A stretch of DNA of 64,000 nt, taken from positions 8,186,001 to 8,250,000 of the forward strand of contig CM075997.1 of NCBI GenBank assembly GCA_038087875.1, written 5' to 3'. The stretch comes from Malacoraja senta (Eukaryota). Made by a program: the position numbers and the translations under genes. The notes below the pieces were generated by a model, which saw nothing but the letters and a program-made list of their open reading frames with translations, made no database searches and was not told where the DNA came from. Below, one piece after another: positions 43,513-54,636 of this stretch; within the stretch, counting starts at the first letter, position 1; each line of letters opens with the position of its first letter.

Positions 43513-46500
43513 AATAATAATAATGCATTTTATTTCCTGGCGCCTTTCTGGACACCCAAGGACACCTTACAGGACATAAAATCACAATACATTTAGCAAT
43601 ATTAAAATCTAGTTGATTAAAAACAAAAAACAAAAACAAAAAAAAAACACAAAATATTTGAAGTCATTAAAATCAGGGTGAATATGGTGGAAGTTATGTC
43701 GGGTATGCTAATCTAAACAGGTGTGTTATGAGTTGTGATTTGAATTGATCGATAGTGTCCAGGTGACGGATGGGAGGTGGGAGAGTGTTCCAGAGACGTG
43801 GGGCAGAGCAGCTGAAGGCTCCTGCACCCATGGTGCTGAGTCTAAATGTGGGGACAGTTAAAATTGCAGCTGAGGAGGAACGAAGTGACCGAGAAGGAGT
43901 GTATGGTAGCAGCAGGTCAGAGAGGTATTGGGGAGCAAGGTGGTGTAGGGCTTTGAAGGTCAGCAGTAAAATCTTGTAGTTAATCCGGTGGTGCACAGGG
44001 AGCCAGTGCAGCTGAGTGAGGATGGGTGTGATGTGGTCCGATGATCTGGTGCGGGTGATGATCAGGGCTGCAGAGTTCTCAATGCATTGGAGGCGATGAA
44101 GAAGTTTATTGGATGTGTAAGTGAGGAGGGCGTTGCAGTAATCGATGCGGGATGTGACCAGAGCGTGGAAGAGGACTTTTGTATTGTCTTTGGAGAGGGA
44201 GGGGCGGAGTCTGGAGATGTTGTGGAGATGAAAGTATGCAGAGCGTGTGATATTGCTGATGTGTGGGCCAAAGGAAAGTGTACTGTCCAGAATGACGCCG
44301 AGACTTTTGACATGGGAGGAGGTGGGTATGGGTGAGCCATCAACTGAAATGGTGAACGGGTGGGTTTTGGAGAGTGTGGAATTTGAGCCAATTAGCATGA
44401 TTTCTGTTTTATTTCCATTGAGTTTTAGAAGGTTGAGTGACATCCAGTTGCTGATAGCTTGAAGACAGGTGGTGAGGGCAGTTGGGGGAAGGGAGGTGTT
44501 TGGTTTTATGGAGAAGTAAAGTTGTGTATCATCGGCGTAGCAGTGGAAATTGATTCCAAAATGACGGAGAATATTGCCAAGAGGTTGAATATAGATGATA
44601 AAAAGCAGTGGCCCGAGCACCGATCTCTGAGGAACACCATGGGTGACTGTGGCAGTTGTGGATGTGACTTTATTTCCCTGGATGAACTGTTTTCTGTCGT
44701 GTAGATAGGACCTGAACCAAAGTAGTGCATTGTTGTTGATGCCGGTGGCAGATAGACGTTCCAGAAGAATTGGGTGGGAGATGGTGTCAAAGGCTGCTGT
44801 GAGGTCGAGGAGGATCAGGATGGATAAGTGGCCGGTGTCAGCTGCGATAAGGAGATCATTTGTAATTTTTACCAAGGCTGTTTCAGTGCTGTGATTGTGG
44901 CGAAAACCGGACTGAAATGGTTAATAGAGGTTATGGTTTTGAAGGTGGACTTGAAGTTATGTCGCTACTATCCTTTCCAGAAGTTTGGTGATGAATGGGA
45001 GGTTGTAGATGGGGCGGTAGTTATTTGGAGTGTGTGGATCAGAACCTGTTTTTTTTAGAATCGGGGTGACAGAAGCTGTTTTGAGAGATGTAGGAACAGT
45101 AGCAGTTAATAGGGAGGAGTTAATTATGGACGTTATGATGGGTGAGATAGAGGGCAGACAGGATTTAACCAGGACAGTAGGGATGGGATCCAGCAAGCAG
45201 GAGGAGTTCTTGGACTTGGTGATGAGTTTAGTTATTTCTTCGACTGTTGGAAGCTGGAAAGTAGATAGGGTGGAGAGTGGAGAGTCCAGTGTGGAAGTCC
45301 AGGGTGGGCTGTTGTGAGCAGAAGCTGAGCAAGAGTTCAATTGGTGATGAATGCTGGTGATTTTGGTACTGAAGAAGTCCAAAACGTATTACACTGAGCA
45401 GTGGAGGTGAGGTGATTCGAGGTTTCAGGAGACTTAAGTAGTTTATTGACAGTGGAGAATAAAGTCCGAGTGTTATTTTCACTGTTGTTGATGATGTTGG
45501 AGTAGTAGGAGGATTTAGCAGCAGTCAGGGCATTTTTATATGAGAGAGGATGATCTGTATGCATTTGGTGGTGAATAGTTAGTCCAGTTTTCTTTGTAAG
45601 TCTCTCCAGACGCCGGCCCACCATTTTCATATGGCGGAGTTCAGGAGTGTACCACGGAGATGATCTGCTAAAAGAGACTGTACGGGTTTTCAGAGGAGCC
45701 AAGGAGTTTAATGAGTGGGATAAACAGTCATTGTAGTGATCAACCATGTTAGCAATGCAGAGTGGGGGGGAAGTAGGATGAAGAGAGTTACTGATTAGTC
45801 TGTTGAGTCCCACTTGATTAATGTTTTTCAGATTACGGAAGGATATGGTGCGCTTCAGATTGCGTTTAGAGAGTGGTAGATTAATATCAAAAAGGACAGT
45901 TTTATGGTCTGAAATGGGAAGCTCTGTAGATTTAAGATTGTATGGTGTCACTCCCGAGCAACAGACTAAATCTAAAATATGGCCTTTATAATGGGTTGGG
46001 AAATCGATGTACTGAGTGAGGCCAAAACTATCCAGAACAGAAATAAAATCTTTAGTAAAGGTGTCAGTATGTTTATCTAAATGAATATTGAAATCACCCA
46101 TTAAAATTACATTGGGGGACATGGCACATAGGTCAGATAAAATAGCAGTGAGTTCGCTAATAAAAACTGTAGAAGGCTTTGGAGGACGATAGATGGATAC
46201 TATGAGGGTGGGTGTACACCCATGTAGTTGAGCAGTCAGGATTTCGAACGAGGATGGCTCTGTGACTGAGACTGACGAGATCTTGAGATTCTCGCGATAG
46301 AGCAGTGCAAGACCCCCTCCTCTCCCGGAAGCGCGGGGTTTGCAGATGTAAACAAACTCAGGAGGTATGGCTTGGTTGAGGTGGCGGTAATCATCAGGCT
46401 GTTGCCAAGTCTCAGTAAGACACAGAAAGTCACGTTTTGAATCCGAAATGAAGTCCGAGATCAGAGGGGCTTTGTTGGAGAGAGATCTGACGTTGAAGAG

Positions 46501-47166
46501 TGCAAATTTGAATCCATTTGAGGGAACGGCGGGGTCAGCTAGCAGAGGAGCTAACACACTGTGGTCAGCAGCTCGACCCGTGTTGTGTGGTTTCCGAGGA
46601 CCTGTGGACCAAAAGGAGCTGATGGAGTTGGAGTTATTGTTGGAGAAGTTCCTGCGGGATCCACGGTGAATGTATCTTGGTCGACGGAGAATGTCTCGAT
46701 GGCTGAGGAGGCAGGAAGGAAGCCCGGAGCGGAATCGACGCTGATGGAGTTCTGCTGTCGAATAGGATAGCCGTGGGGTGGCTGTCACTGCGGTGAAAAG
46801 CAGGACAATCCAAAGCAGCATTTTGCACGTCCACATCTTGCAGCTCCGGTGGTGCTGTGGGCTCGTCTAAATCCGACAGCAGGCTGAGAGACGCCGGCTA
46901 CCACAGCTGACACAGATGCTATCAGCAGCAGCAGGGTAAGCCAAACGTGATGCCGAAAGAATCAAAAAATGCCACAAGGGCAACGGCCGAGGATAATCAG
47001 TCCAACAAGTTCAAGAAAAACATTTGGTCGAACAGTAATAGTGCACACAGTTAGTAGGCTGTGTAAAATTAACTAACAGACAAAACAAAACAAACAAAAC
47101 AAAAAGACCGGTGAGCAGCGGCAGCCAGCTGCGCCAGCGTTCACTCGACCGGAACCGGAAGTGAGG
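43513..47166 (-). mobile_element. Near full-length single-ORF L2 LINE (ORF broken by one frameshift at ~45380 and one stop at ~44957)
   Basis: ORF 45337-46836 is APE (FNVRSL, CLTETW, IYRPP, MGDFN, LDLV, SDH). ORF 44957-45382 is linker (LDPIP, NYRPI). ORF 43694-44875 is RT. (ATT)n tail. No ORF1 is visible in the ~330-bp 5' UTR. Confidence 0.9.
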
Positions 47167-48480
47167 TTTGAGAGGTTGATCATGGCGCAAATCAACTCAT
47201 ACCTCGACAAAAACCTGGACCTACTGCAGTTCGCCTACCGCCACAGCAGATGCGATCTCGCTGGCTCTCCACTCCTGTCTGGAGCACTTGGACAACAAAA
47301 ACTGATATGTCAAGCTGTTATTCATTGATTACAGCTCGGCATTTAATACAATCATCCCCTCTGGTAAGCTGGTTACGAAGCTCTCAGATCTGGGTCTCTG
47401 CGCATCCCGATGCAATTGGATCCTCGACTTCCGCATCAAAGACCACAATACAGACTGTTCGTATTGGTGGGAATGTGCCAGCCTCGATAACAATCAGCAC
47501 GGGAATATCTCAAGGCTGCGTGCTTAGCCCCCTGCTATACCCACTCTATACTCATGACTGCGTAGCCGTTCATTGTGCGAACTCCATCATCAAGTTCGCT
47601 GACGACACCACTGATGAGGACGAGTCCGATTATAGAAGTCAGACCGACCGAATGACCAAATTGTGGCAGCACAATAACCTGGCCCTCAACACTAGCAACA
47701 CGAAGGAACTGATTGCTGACTTTGGAAGGGGTAGGATGGAGACCCACAATCCAGTTTATTTCAACGGGTCGATGGTGGAGAGGGTTAAGAGCTTCCAATT
47801 CTTGGGCGTGCATATTTCTGAAGATCTCTCCTGGTCCGAGAACACTGATGCAATTATAAAGCAAGCACATCAGCGCTTCCTGAGAAGATCAACTTCCTGA
47901 GAAGATTACGGAAAGTCGGTATGTCAAGGAGGACTCTTTCTAACTTCTACAGGTGCACAATAGAGAGCATGCTGACCGGTTGCATCGTGGCTTGGTTCGG
48001 CAACTTGGGCGCCCAGGATCAGAAAAAGACTACAAAATGTAATAAATACTACCCAGTCCATCATCGGCTCTGACCTCCCTTCCATCGAGGGGATCTATCG
48101 CAGTCGCTGCCTCAAAAAAGGCTGGCAGCATCATCAAGGACCCACACCATCCGGGCCACACACCCAGCTCCCCGCTACCTTCAGGTAGAAGGTACAGGAG
48201 CCTGAAGGCTGCAAAGTCCAGGTTCAGGAATACCTACTGCCCCACAGCCATCAGTCTATTTTACTTCGGAGTCACGTGAGTGACTACGTGAAGAACCCGC
48301 CAGGCCGCATGCGCGTCATTAAGTCCAACGCATGGCGCAACGACTGGCTGGCAGGCGCGTCGCTCCTCCAGCGGTAAGTTTCAAAAGCTGAAGGAAAGTT
48401 TCGAACTTATATTTCAGGTTGTGCTTTTTCTTGCAGGAAGCTCTTTTTATAGAGTTCCTGCTGAATGACGTTCCATGAAA

Positions 48481-48620
48481 TCCCGGCTCCGCGTGGGGAA
48501 TCTCTGCTAGGGAAAACACGGCTGCGGAGACCGGGGATAACCCCGGCTCCGCGTGGGGAATCCCTGCTCGGGAAAATACGGCTGCGGAGACCGCGCGGGA
48601 TCCCGTCTCCGCGGGGAGAC
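48481..48620. repeat. 60-bp GC-rich tandem repeat (~2.3 copies) in the DIRS 5' region
   Basis: cccggctccgcgtggggaatc...cggctgcggagacc starts at 48482 and 48542, with a partial copy at 48602. Confidence 0.8.
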
Positions 48621-51600
48621 CCGGCTCGGCAGGCCGGTTGACTCAGACAAGTTCGGACGTGAGGGTTCGCCTCCTGCAGTGGGAGAATCCTGAGCATCTC
48701 ATGGGAACAAATGCCCCACCATGGAATGGAGTCATATCAGCGCGGGTCTCAGGGGCCCGCGGCAGCGCCTGGTGCAGGGCTGCATTATATCTCCCTCTCT
48801 GAGGAGGGGAGCGTAGGCAGTCAGTTTTAAGCAGACTCGCAGTTCGGTGGTGTCGGGGGGAACATTCCACGACACGCCAGCTGCGTGAAGTAAAAGGAGG
48901 GTTACCCTACATGGGCACGTCCTCGGACGTTTACCCAGGTGGAGCATGGATGCGTCCGCAGGGCGTTCATCCCACTTAGAAGATGTTCCATCCTGATATG
49001 ATCCGTGAACGGGGCCATATCAGCGCAGGCCTTGTTGTGGACCTGCAGCAGCGTCTGTTGCAGGGCTGCATTATATCTCCCTCTCTGAGGAGGGGAGCGC
49101 AGGCACTAAGTCCATGGAACATACGGGAGTGCATGCGTGAGGTTCAAGAACTCTGTCCCGACATCAAGGGTAGCGATATCCACGCAAACGGAGGAGCCGC
49201 TGCAAGGAAGAATTGGCTTCCATCCTATGGCAGAGTTTCCCCTCACATTACAAGCTCGGTAAGCATCAGTGACCTCACGTCACATCATTACAGGAACAAA
49301 GTGCCGGCAGTGAACAGCACTATCACAATTTCGTTCAGACCGAAAGGTCTGAATGACAATAAAGGAAATCTTGAATCTCTTGAATCTGGGGAGACATTGG
49401 ATGGCGAGTCCAGCAATGTTCGGCCGCCGAATTTTCTCCTTGGAGAAAACCTAGCCGAACAGGTAAAAATCCTCGATGAGGAAGTAAAGCTGTCGGACTA
49501 GTCAAGGTACCTACGACGAGCAAAAGCCTCACCGTTTCGGCGACAACACCCCTACGCTCCATCGGCAGTAATTTGTTCACTGAAGCTGTTGGCAGCTTGA
49601 AAGCTGATTCTCTGGGCAGAGGTCTTTTAGGCCAAGGCCCAAGCCGGCCCTGAGGGAAAATGTGCAATCCACGCACCCCAGCAGTCCTATCCTCCAATTC
49701 AAGGATGGAATTAGAACCTGAGGACGGAAACGAAGCCGCATCAGGGGCCTTTGGGCTTACCACAAGACCATCGGTAACCATGGAGGTAGGTGGGAGTGGT
49801 TCTTTCCGAAACACGGGGTGTGTGGACTAGTTACGAGTTGGTAATAGATTACACTTGTTTTTGCACGAATGTCGACGGAGATAACATCAGATCCGTTTAT
49901 GCTGCACAGTATACAAGGATTCCAAATTGAATTACTTTTAACTCATTGCCATCCATACAATTTACACCAAATTGGACATCTATTCATTCCAAACAAAAAT
50001 GTTTGGGTACACAAGCAGATATCCAAACAAGCAAAAGATGGATGATGTCGGATCACCCTTGATTAACTCACATTCACATGTGCAATATAGACTTTTTAGA
50101 ATGGAAAACCTCGTTACTGTCTAACAACTGATTTCCATAGGATACTTTATGGCATGCATCGATCTCAAAATGCATACTATTCAGTTCCCATTCACAGGGT
50201 TCACTGGGGATATTTGAAATTTAGCTGGATGGGCAACGATAGCAACGATAGCTAACTTCAGCTCCCAGGTTATTAACCAAATTACGAAGCCAGTGCTTGG
50301 GCTGCTCAAAGCTCAAAAATACATATTTATGGCCTACCTGGATGATATTCTAAAAACGCTGAATCTTGCTAAATTTCAGCCGCAAAACTAACATTTAAGA
50401 AATTGGGGTTTCTCATCCATCCAGTTAAATTTAAGTTGATACCAACTAGAGTTATAGATTGCGATTTACCTATCTCTATTAATTGTCTGTGACGCCGCCC
50501 TGGGGCAAGAGATTAGAATTAATGGAAGCTTGTAACAATCTTGTTGTTTATTCATCATGTGGCCAGTGTAACTGGCAATTTAGTGGCTGTTTTTTCAGCT
50601 GCGTGATTGGGGCCTTTGCATTATCAGAACTTACATCCCGCAAAGGAGCAAGCTCTCAAGTATCATGTAGGTCATTGTTAACAGGCCTATGCTATTACCA
50701 GCTGAAGCTATAAAGTGACAATGCTGGACACACCGTATTCAGCATTGCTCCAGTAATTTTGGTCATTAAACCTTCAGTTATATTTCAAACTGATGCTAGT
50801 GCTCAAAGATGGAAATTACTATCCCATCTCCAGTCACAGAGGCGGATGGGATGTGCATGAGTTACCAATCCCTCAGTTATAAGGAATCAACTACCTAAAG
50901 TCACCAGGTGCCTTTAATGGGTTAAAGGCTTATTGTGCGAATATGCATATCTGCATGCTCAACTACAAGTTGACACACTACGGTGGTGGCATGTGTTAAT
51001 CACATGGGTGCAATCAAGTCAATATCCTGTGATAGTTTACCTAACCTCATTTGGCGTTGGTGTATCATCACGTAAATCAATGATAACACAGAATGGATGT
51101 TGGATCACAAAGTATTTAATGACATTGTGGCTCGATGGAACACCAAATTTCGATTTGTTTGCATCTAGTCTCAATCACCAGTTGCAAAAATATCTGGCAT
51201 GGCGGCCATTCTCAGGGGCAGTGGCGATGGATGCATTCTCGCTACACTGGGGAGGAATGTTTTTTAGGTCTTGCCTCCATTTTGCCTCATCAGTCGGTGC
51301 TTGGTTAATATTCAGCAAGACTCCGCCTCAGGCTTTTGATAGTGCTTGACTGGCATACACAGCCACGGGTCTACTCATACTGGGAGTAATAACAGAGCCT
51401 TTCATGGCTGTTCCCAAACGCCGAAATCTGATGGTTTACCACGTGATTGGGGAGAACCATCCACTGCATGAGCGAATCAAATTGTTGGTTTGCAGACTAT
51501 GAGAAGACCTTTCCTGGGGTACGGACTGTCAGGTTGTTGGGTGGATGTTATCACTGCGGCCTGAAGAGAGAGTACCAAGAAACAGTACATCTCCTATATC

Positions 51601-52626
51601 AAGGAATGGGAAGTGTTCTGTTTACAGTCCAATTTATCGTATTACACGGCACGTATAACAGATGTCTTGGAATTCCTCTCAAAGCTATATTTCACGAGAG
51701 ATGGAGTTGTAGTTCTATAAATTGTGCCAGAAGTGCCTTGTCGTCATACTTCCTGCTGGGGTCGGGACACCACGCTGTAGGGTCTCGACCTCTGATATCC
51801 AGATTTATGAAGGGTATCTTCAACTAAAATTCTCCCAGGCCCAGGTACCCGGATGTTATGTCCTGCTGACGCTGCGTCGCCGGCGGGCTCCAGCTACACC
51901 CTGTCCTCGGTCAAAATCACTTACAAAGTGGTCATCCTCATGGCACTGGGATCAGAGCAACGGGTCCAGTCATTCCATAGCTACGACTGGACAGGATGGT
52001 CACATCTGAAAATAATATCATACTTTAGGTTCATGACTTAGTCTTGCAGAGTACACCGGGGGCGTCAGGTCTCAAACTAGTTTCATGGCATACCCCATGA
52101 ACCTTTGGTAGTGCGTGTGGTCACACATCTACAACAGTCATTATGTCACCTAGAGCCTTAGAGGCTCTGAACTAGCAATGTTTGTTAGTTACAATATACC
52201 TCATACGTAGGTATCAGTATAGACCATCCCCAGGTGATTAAAACGGGTTATGACTTGTGCAGGAGTGGACACTGATGTTTTCAGATCTCACTCCAGCAGG
52301 GCTGCAACAACATCAGCAGCGATGCTTATCGATGTTTCGCTGGACCGCATCCTAGCAGCTGCAGCATGGCCAAACAAGCGAATTTCCAAATGTGTAATAA
52401 CAAACCAATTGCCAGACCGGGGGTATTTGCCAACTATATTTTTAGGTTCTGTTTATAATTCCTCCTGGATGAGTGGGATTACTATGATTATCATTTCGTC
52501 ATTAAAAAGCATCAGCATGTTTACATTTATGTCATTCTTTATACAATTTCACTCATCCATGGTCAATTGATGCAGTATGTGACGCATGGACTCGTGTCCA
52601 CGGCATGAAATCACAGAGCTTTGAAA

Positions 52627-52739
52627 TCTTCACGTAGTCACTCACGTGACTCCGAAGTAAAATAGTAAGATTAAACGAGAAATTACCAGTTGGAAGTTTG
52701 ATCTTTATTTTATGAGGAGTTACGATGAGGGATTACGTG
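52627..52739. repeat. DIRS internal complementary region (ICR)
   Basis: 52627-52665 is the reverse complement of 48256-48294. 52661-52739 is the near reverse complement of 52879-52957. Confidence 0.92.
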
Positions 52740-53533
52740 CCCTCCGCTCCCAACCCTCTCTCATAAACGTCAGCTGGTAGTTCTAGTTTCTCGAATCTTA
52801 CTATATTCAGTTCAACAAATGTTATCTGTGATTTCACACCGCTGCTTTGAAGATTTACGCGCGGGCTGGCGGGTTCTTCACGTAATCCCTCATCGTAACT
52901 CCTCATATAATAAAGATCAAACTTTAAACTGGTAAATTCTCGTTTAATCTTACTATTAAACTAAACTGGAACATATCTTTCAACATTAATCGACCATTAT
53001 CTGTTTATTTGCACATAATCTGCTTACTGTATTTATTGATGTGCGCATATATTTATATAATGGTATATGGACTCACTGATATGTTCTGTATTCATTCCTA
53101 CTATATCGTGCAGAAGCAAAGCAAGAATTTCAATGTTCTATCTGGGACACATGACAATATACTCTCTTGACTTGACTCTTGACTTGTTCCCATATTGTTT
53201 CCATTTAGTCAAATTGATCTCATAAACCTAGTCAGTCTTTCACTGCCATTGCAAATATCTTTATTTCACCACCTACGATGAAATGTCCGTCTCAACTTCG
53301 TCTTGCATAGCTTGAAATTGCATGTTAGCATGCAATGATATTTTGTTTAAATTATTTGTCTGCCTTTAATGCCATCTCAGGTATTGTGCATTTTCTCCGT
53401 AAAGGTGGCCACATCAATTGAGTAGAAATGTGTCTAATTGATATCAATCTACGCCAGTCTGGTCTAGACCTACCTCAGCTTGAACTGTACAACTAAGATC
53501 AATGCCGTGTTCTGTGTCATTTTAATTCCCCAG

Positions 53534-53560
53534 TGTATTTGCATTATAAGAAGGATCCAC
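53534..53560 (+). other. Candidate 27-nt microexon
   Basis: ttttaattccccag|TGTATTTGCATTATAAGAAGGATCCAC|gtaaat, in a non-repeat island; length is a multiple of 3; the donor is weaker. Confidence 0.2.
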
Positions 53561-53959
53561 GTAAATATATTTTGTGATCTATCATGTACAACAAAGTACG
53601 ACAAAGAACCTGACCTTTGCAACAAACCCAAACTGCAAATATAGTGAGGGACATACAGATCTAGAGCCAAGATGGTGAAAGGGTTAATAGAAAGCAGAAT
53701 TGGCATTGGATGACAACCGGCACCCAGCATGTCAGAATATCAAGCATATCCTAGGATATTAAGTGACGACGTGACGGAGATTGCGAAAGGAATGGTTGCC
53801 TATTCTGAATGCCCATTATGTCTAAGACAAATACCACAGGTTTGTGACAAGTAATTTTGACAATGACGTTTAATGAAAGAGGAGGGAGTAATGAAGAAAC
53901 AGTGGGCCGATTCGTCCAGTAACGTGCGATGGACGGCGTGCAGCATATGGACATTTTTA

Positions 53960-54632
53960 AAGGTGTAACGCAGCAGTTGCAGCGCCGGATATCAAGGGCT
54001 TGAGCACCACCTGTGATACCAAGGCGCACCCGCCAGGTTGCGATATTTGGATTGTACACATTTAGACGCGGTTAGCTGCAGTTTGGTGAAAATGCAACCG
54101 GTAAGGGAGTTGCCAAGCAACATTGTGGCCCCTGGTTCTGGATTCGCCCAACCTTTGGATCTCACTTCAGTGGTCAGGAAGCTAATAGTGAGGGTTCCTC
54201 TGGATAGGATTTGCTCGCATTTGGATGATCGTGAGGTAATTGGGGACATTCAGCGTGGCTTTGTCCGCGGCAGTGCATGTCTTATTTGATTGGTTTTCTT
54301 CAGGAGTCGATGACGGTTATTAATGAGGATAGGACGTCCGATTGTTGTCATCATCATAGACTTAGGTAAGCCATGAAGTCACTCGTCGTGGGCCGATCCA
54401 GAAGATGTCAATCACGGTAACTTGGTCGTGTTGACTTAGAACTGGCTTACTCATTGACGACAGGGGGTTGAGGTGCAAGGATGTTATCGCGGCAGTATGT
54501 CTGTAACCAGTGGATTGTGCAGGAATTTGTGCAAGGCATCTGTTATTGTTGATATGCATATATATCGACGTGGATGTAAATATAGATAGGTTGTTTAGTA
54601 AGTCTGCAAACGAACCCAATATTGCACAGTGA
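53960..54632 (+). mobile_element. Very old CR1 RT fragment
   Basis: PLDLTSVVRKL...IQRGFVRGSACL is a decayed PVSLTSVVGKL...QHGF..GKSCL. Confidence 0.6.
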
Positions 54633-54636
54633 GAAA

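Larger units (their letters stand above)
36067..45229. repeat. Tandem segmental duplication, unit ~4.58 kb (36067-40647 and 40648-45229)
   Basis: Near-identical copies of Gypsy 5' half, LTR, Rex1 segment and L2 3' part. The junction at 40648-40651 (AGTT) is shared by the Gypsy (36067-70) and the L2 (45230-33). About a dozen differences seen by eye. Confidence 0.95.
48261..52957 (+). mobile_element. DIRS-type tyrosine-recombinase retrotransposon, structurally complete, coding regions decayed
   Basis: The left terminus ttacttcggagtcacgtgagtgactacgtgaaga and the right terminus (52879-52957) are both complementary to an internal ICR (52627-52739). Coding remnants: RT (MACIDL ~50150, FMAYLDDIL ~50330), RNase H (FQTDAS ~50785), methyltransferase-like (FDLFAS...AMDAFSLHW ~51150-51250), YR (FRSHSSRAATTSAA...ILAAAAW ~52280-52370). 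Confidence 0.9.
32640..53186 (+). mobile_element. One Rex1/Babar LINE split into segments 32640-33547, 38297-38930 (duplicated at 42879-43512), 47167-48260 and 52958-53186
   Basis: Motifs run in order across the segments: LLANVQSL and CFTETWL, GKSDH, KAPGPDG, LQFAYR, QGCVLSP and KFADDTT, then a 3' tail (cttga)n at ~53165-53186. The sequence rejoins at each insertion point. Confidence 0.85.

Noticed and set aside
48481..48620. Regularly spaced repeats as a CRISPR-like array
   Set aside because: Simple 60-bp tandem repeats with no unique spacers, inside a eukaryotic retrotransposon, and no cas genes.
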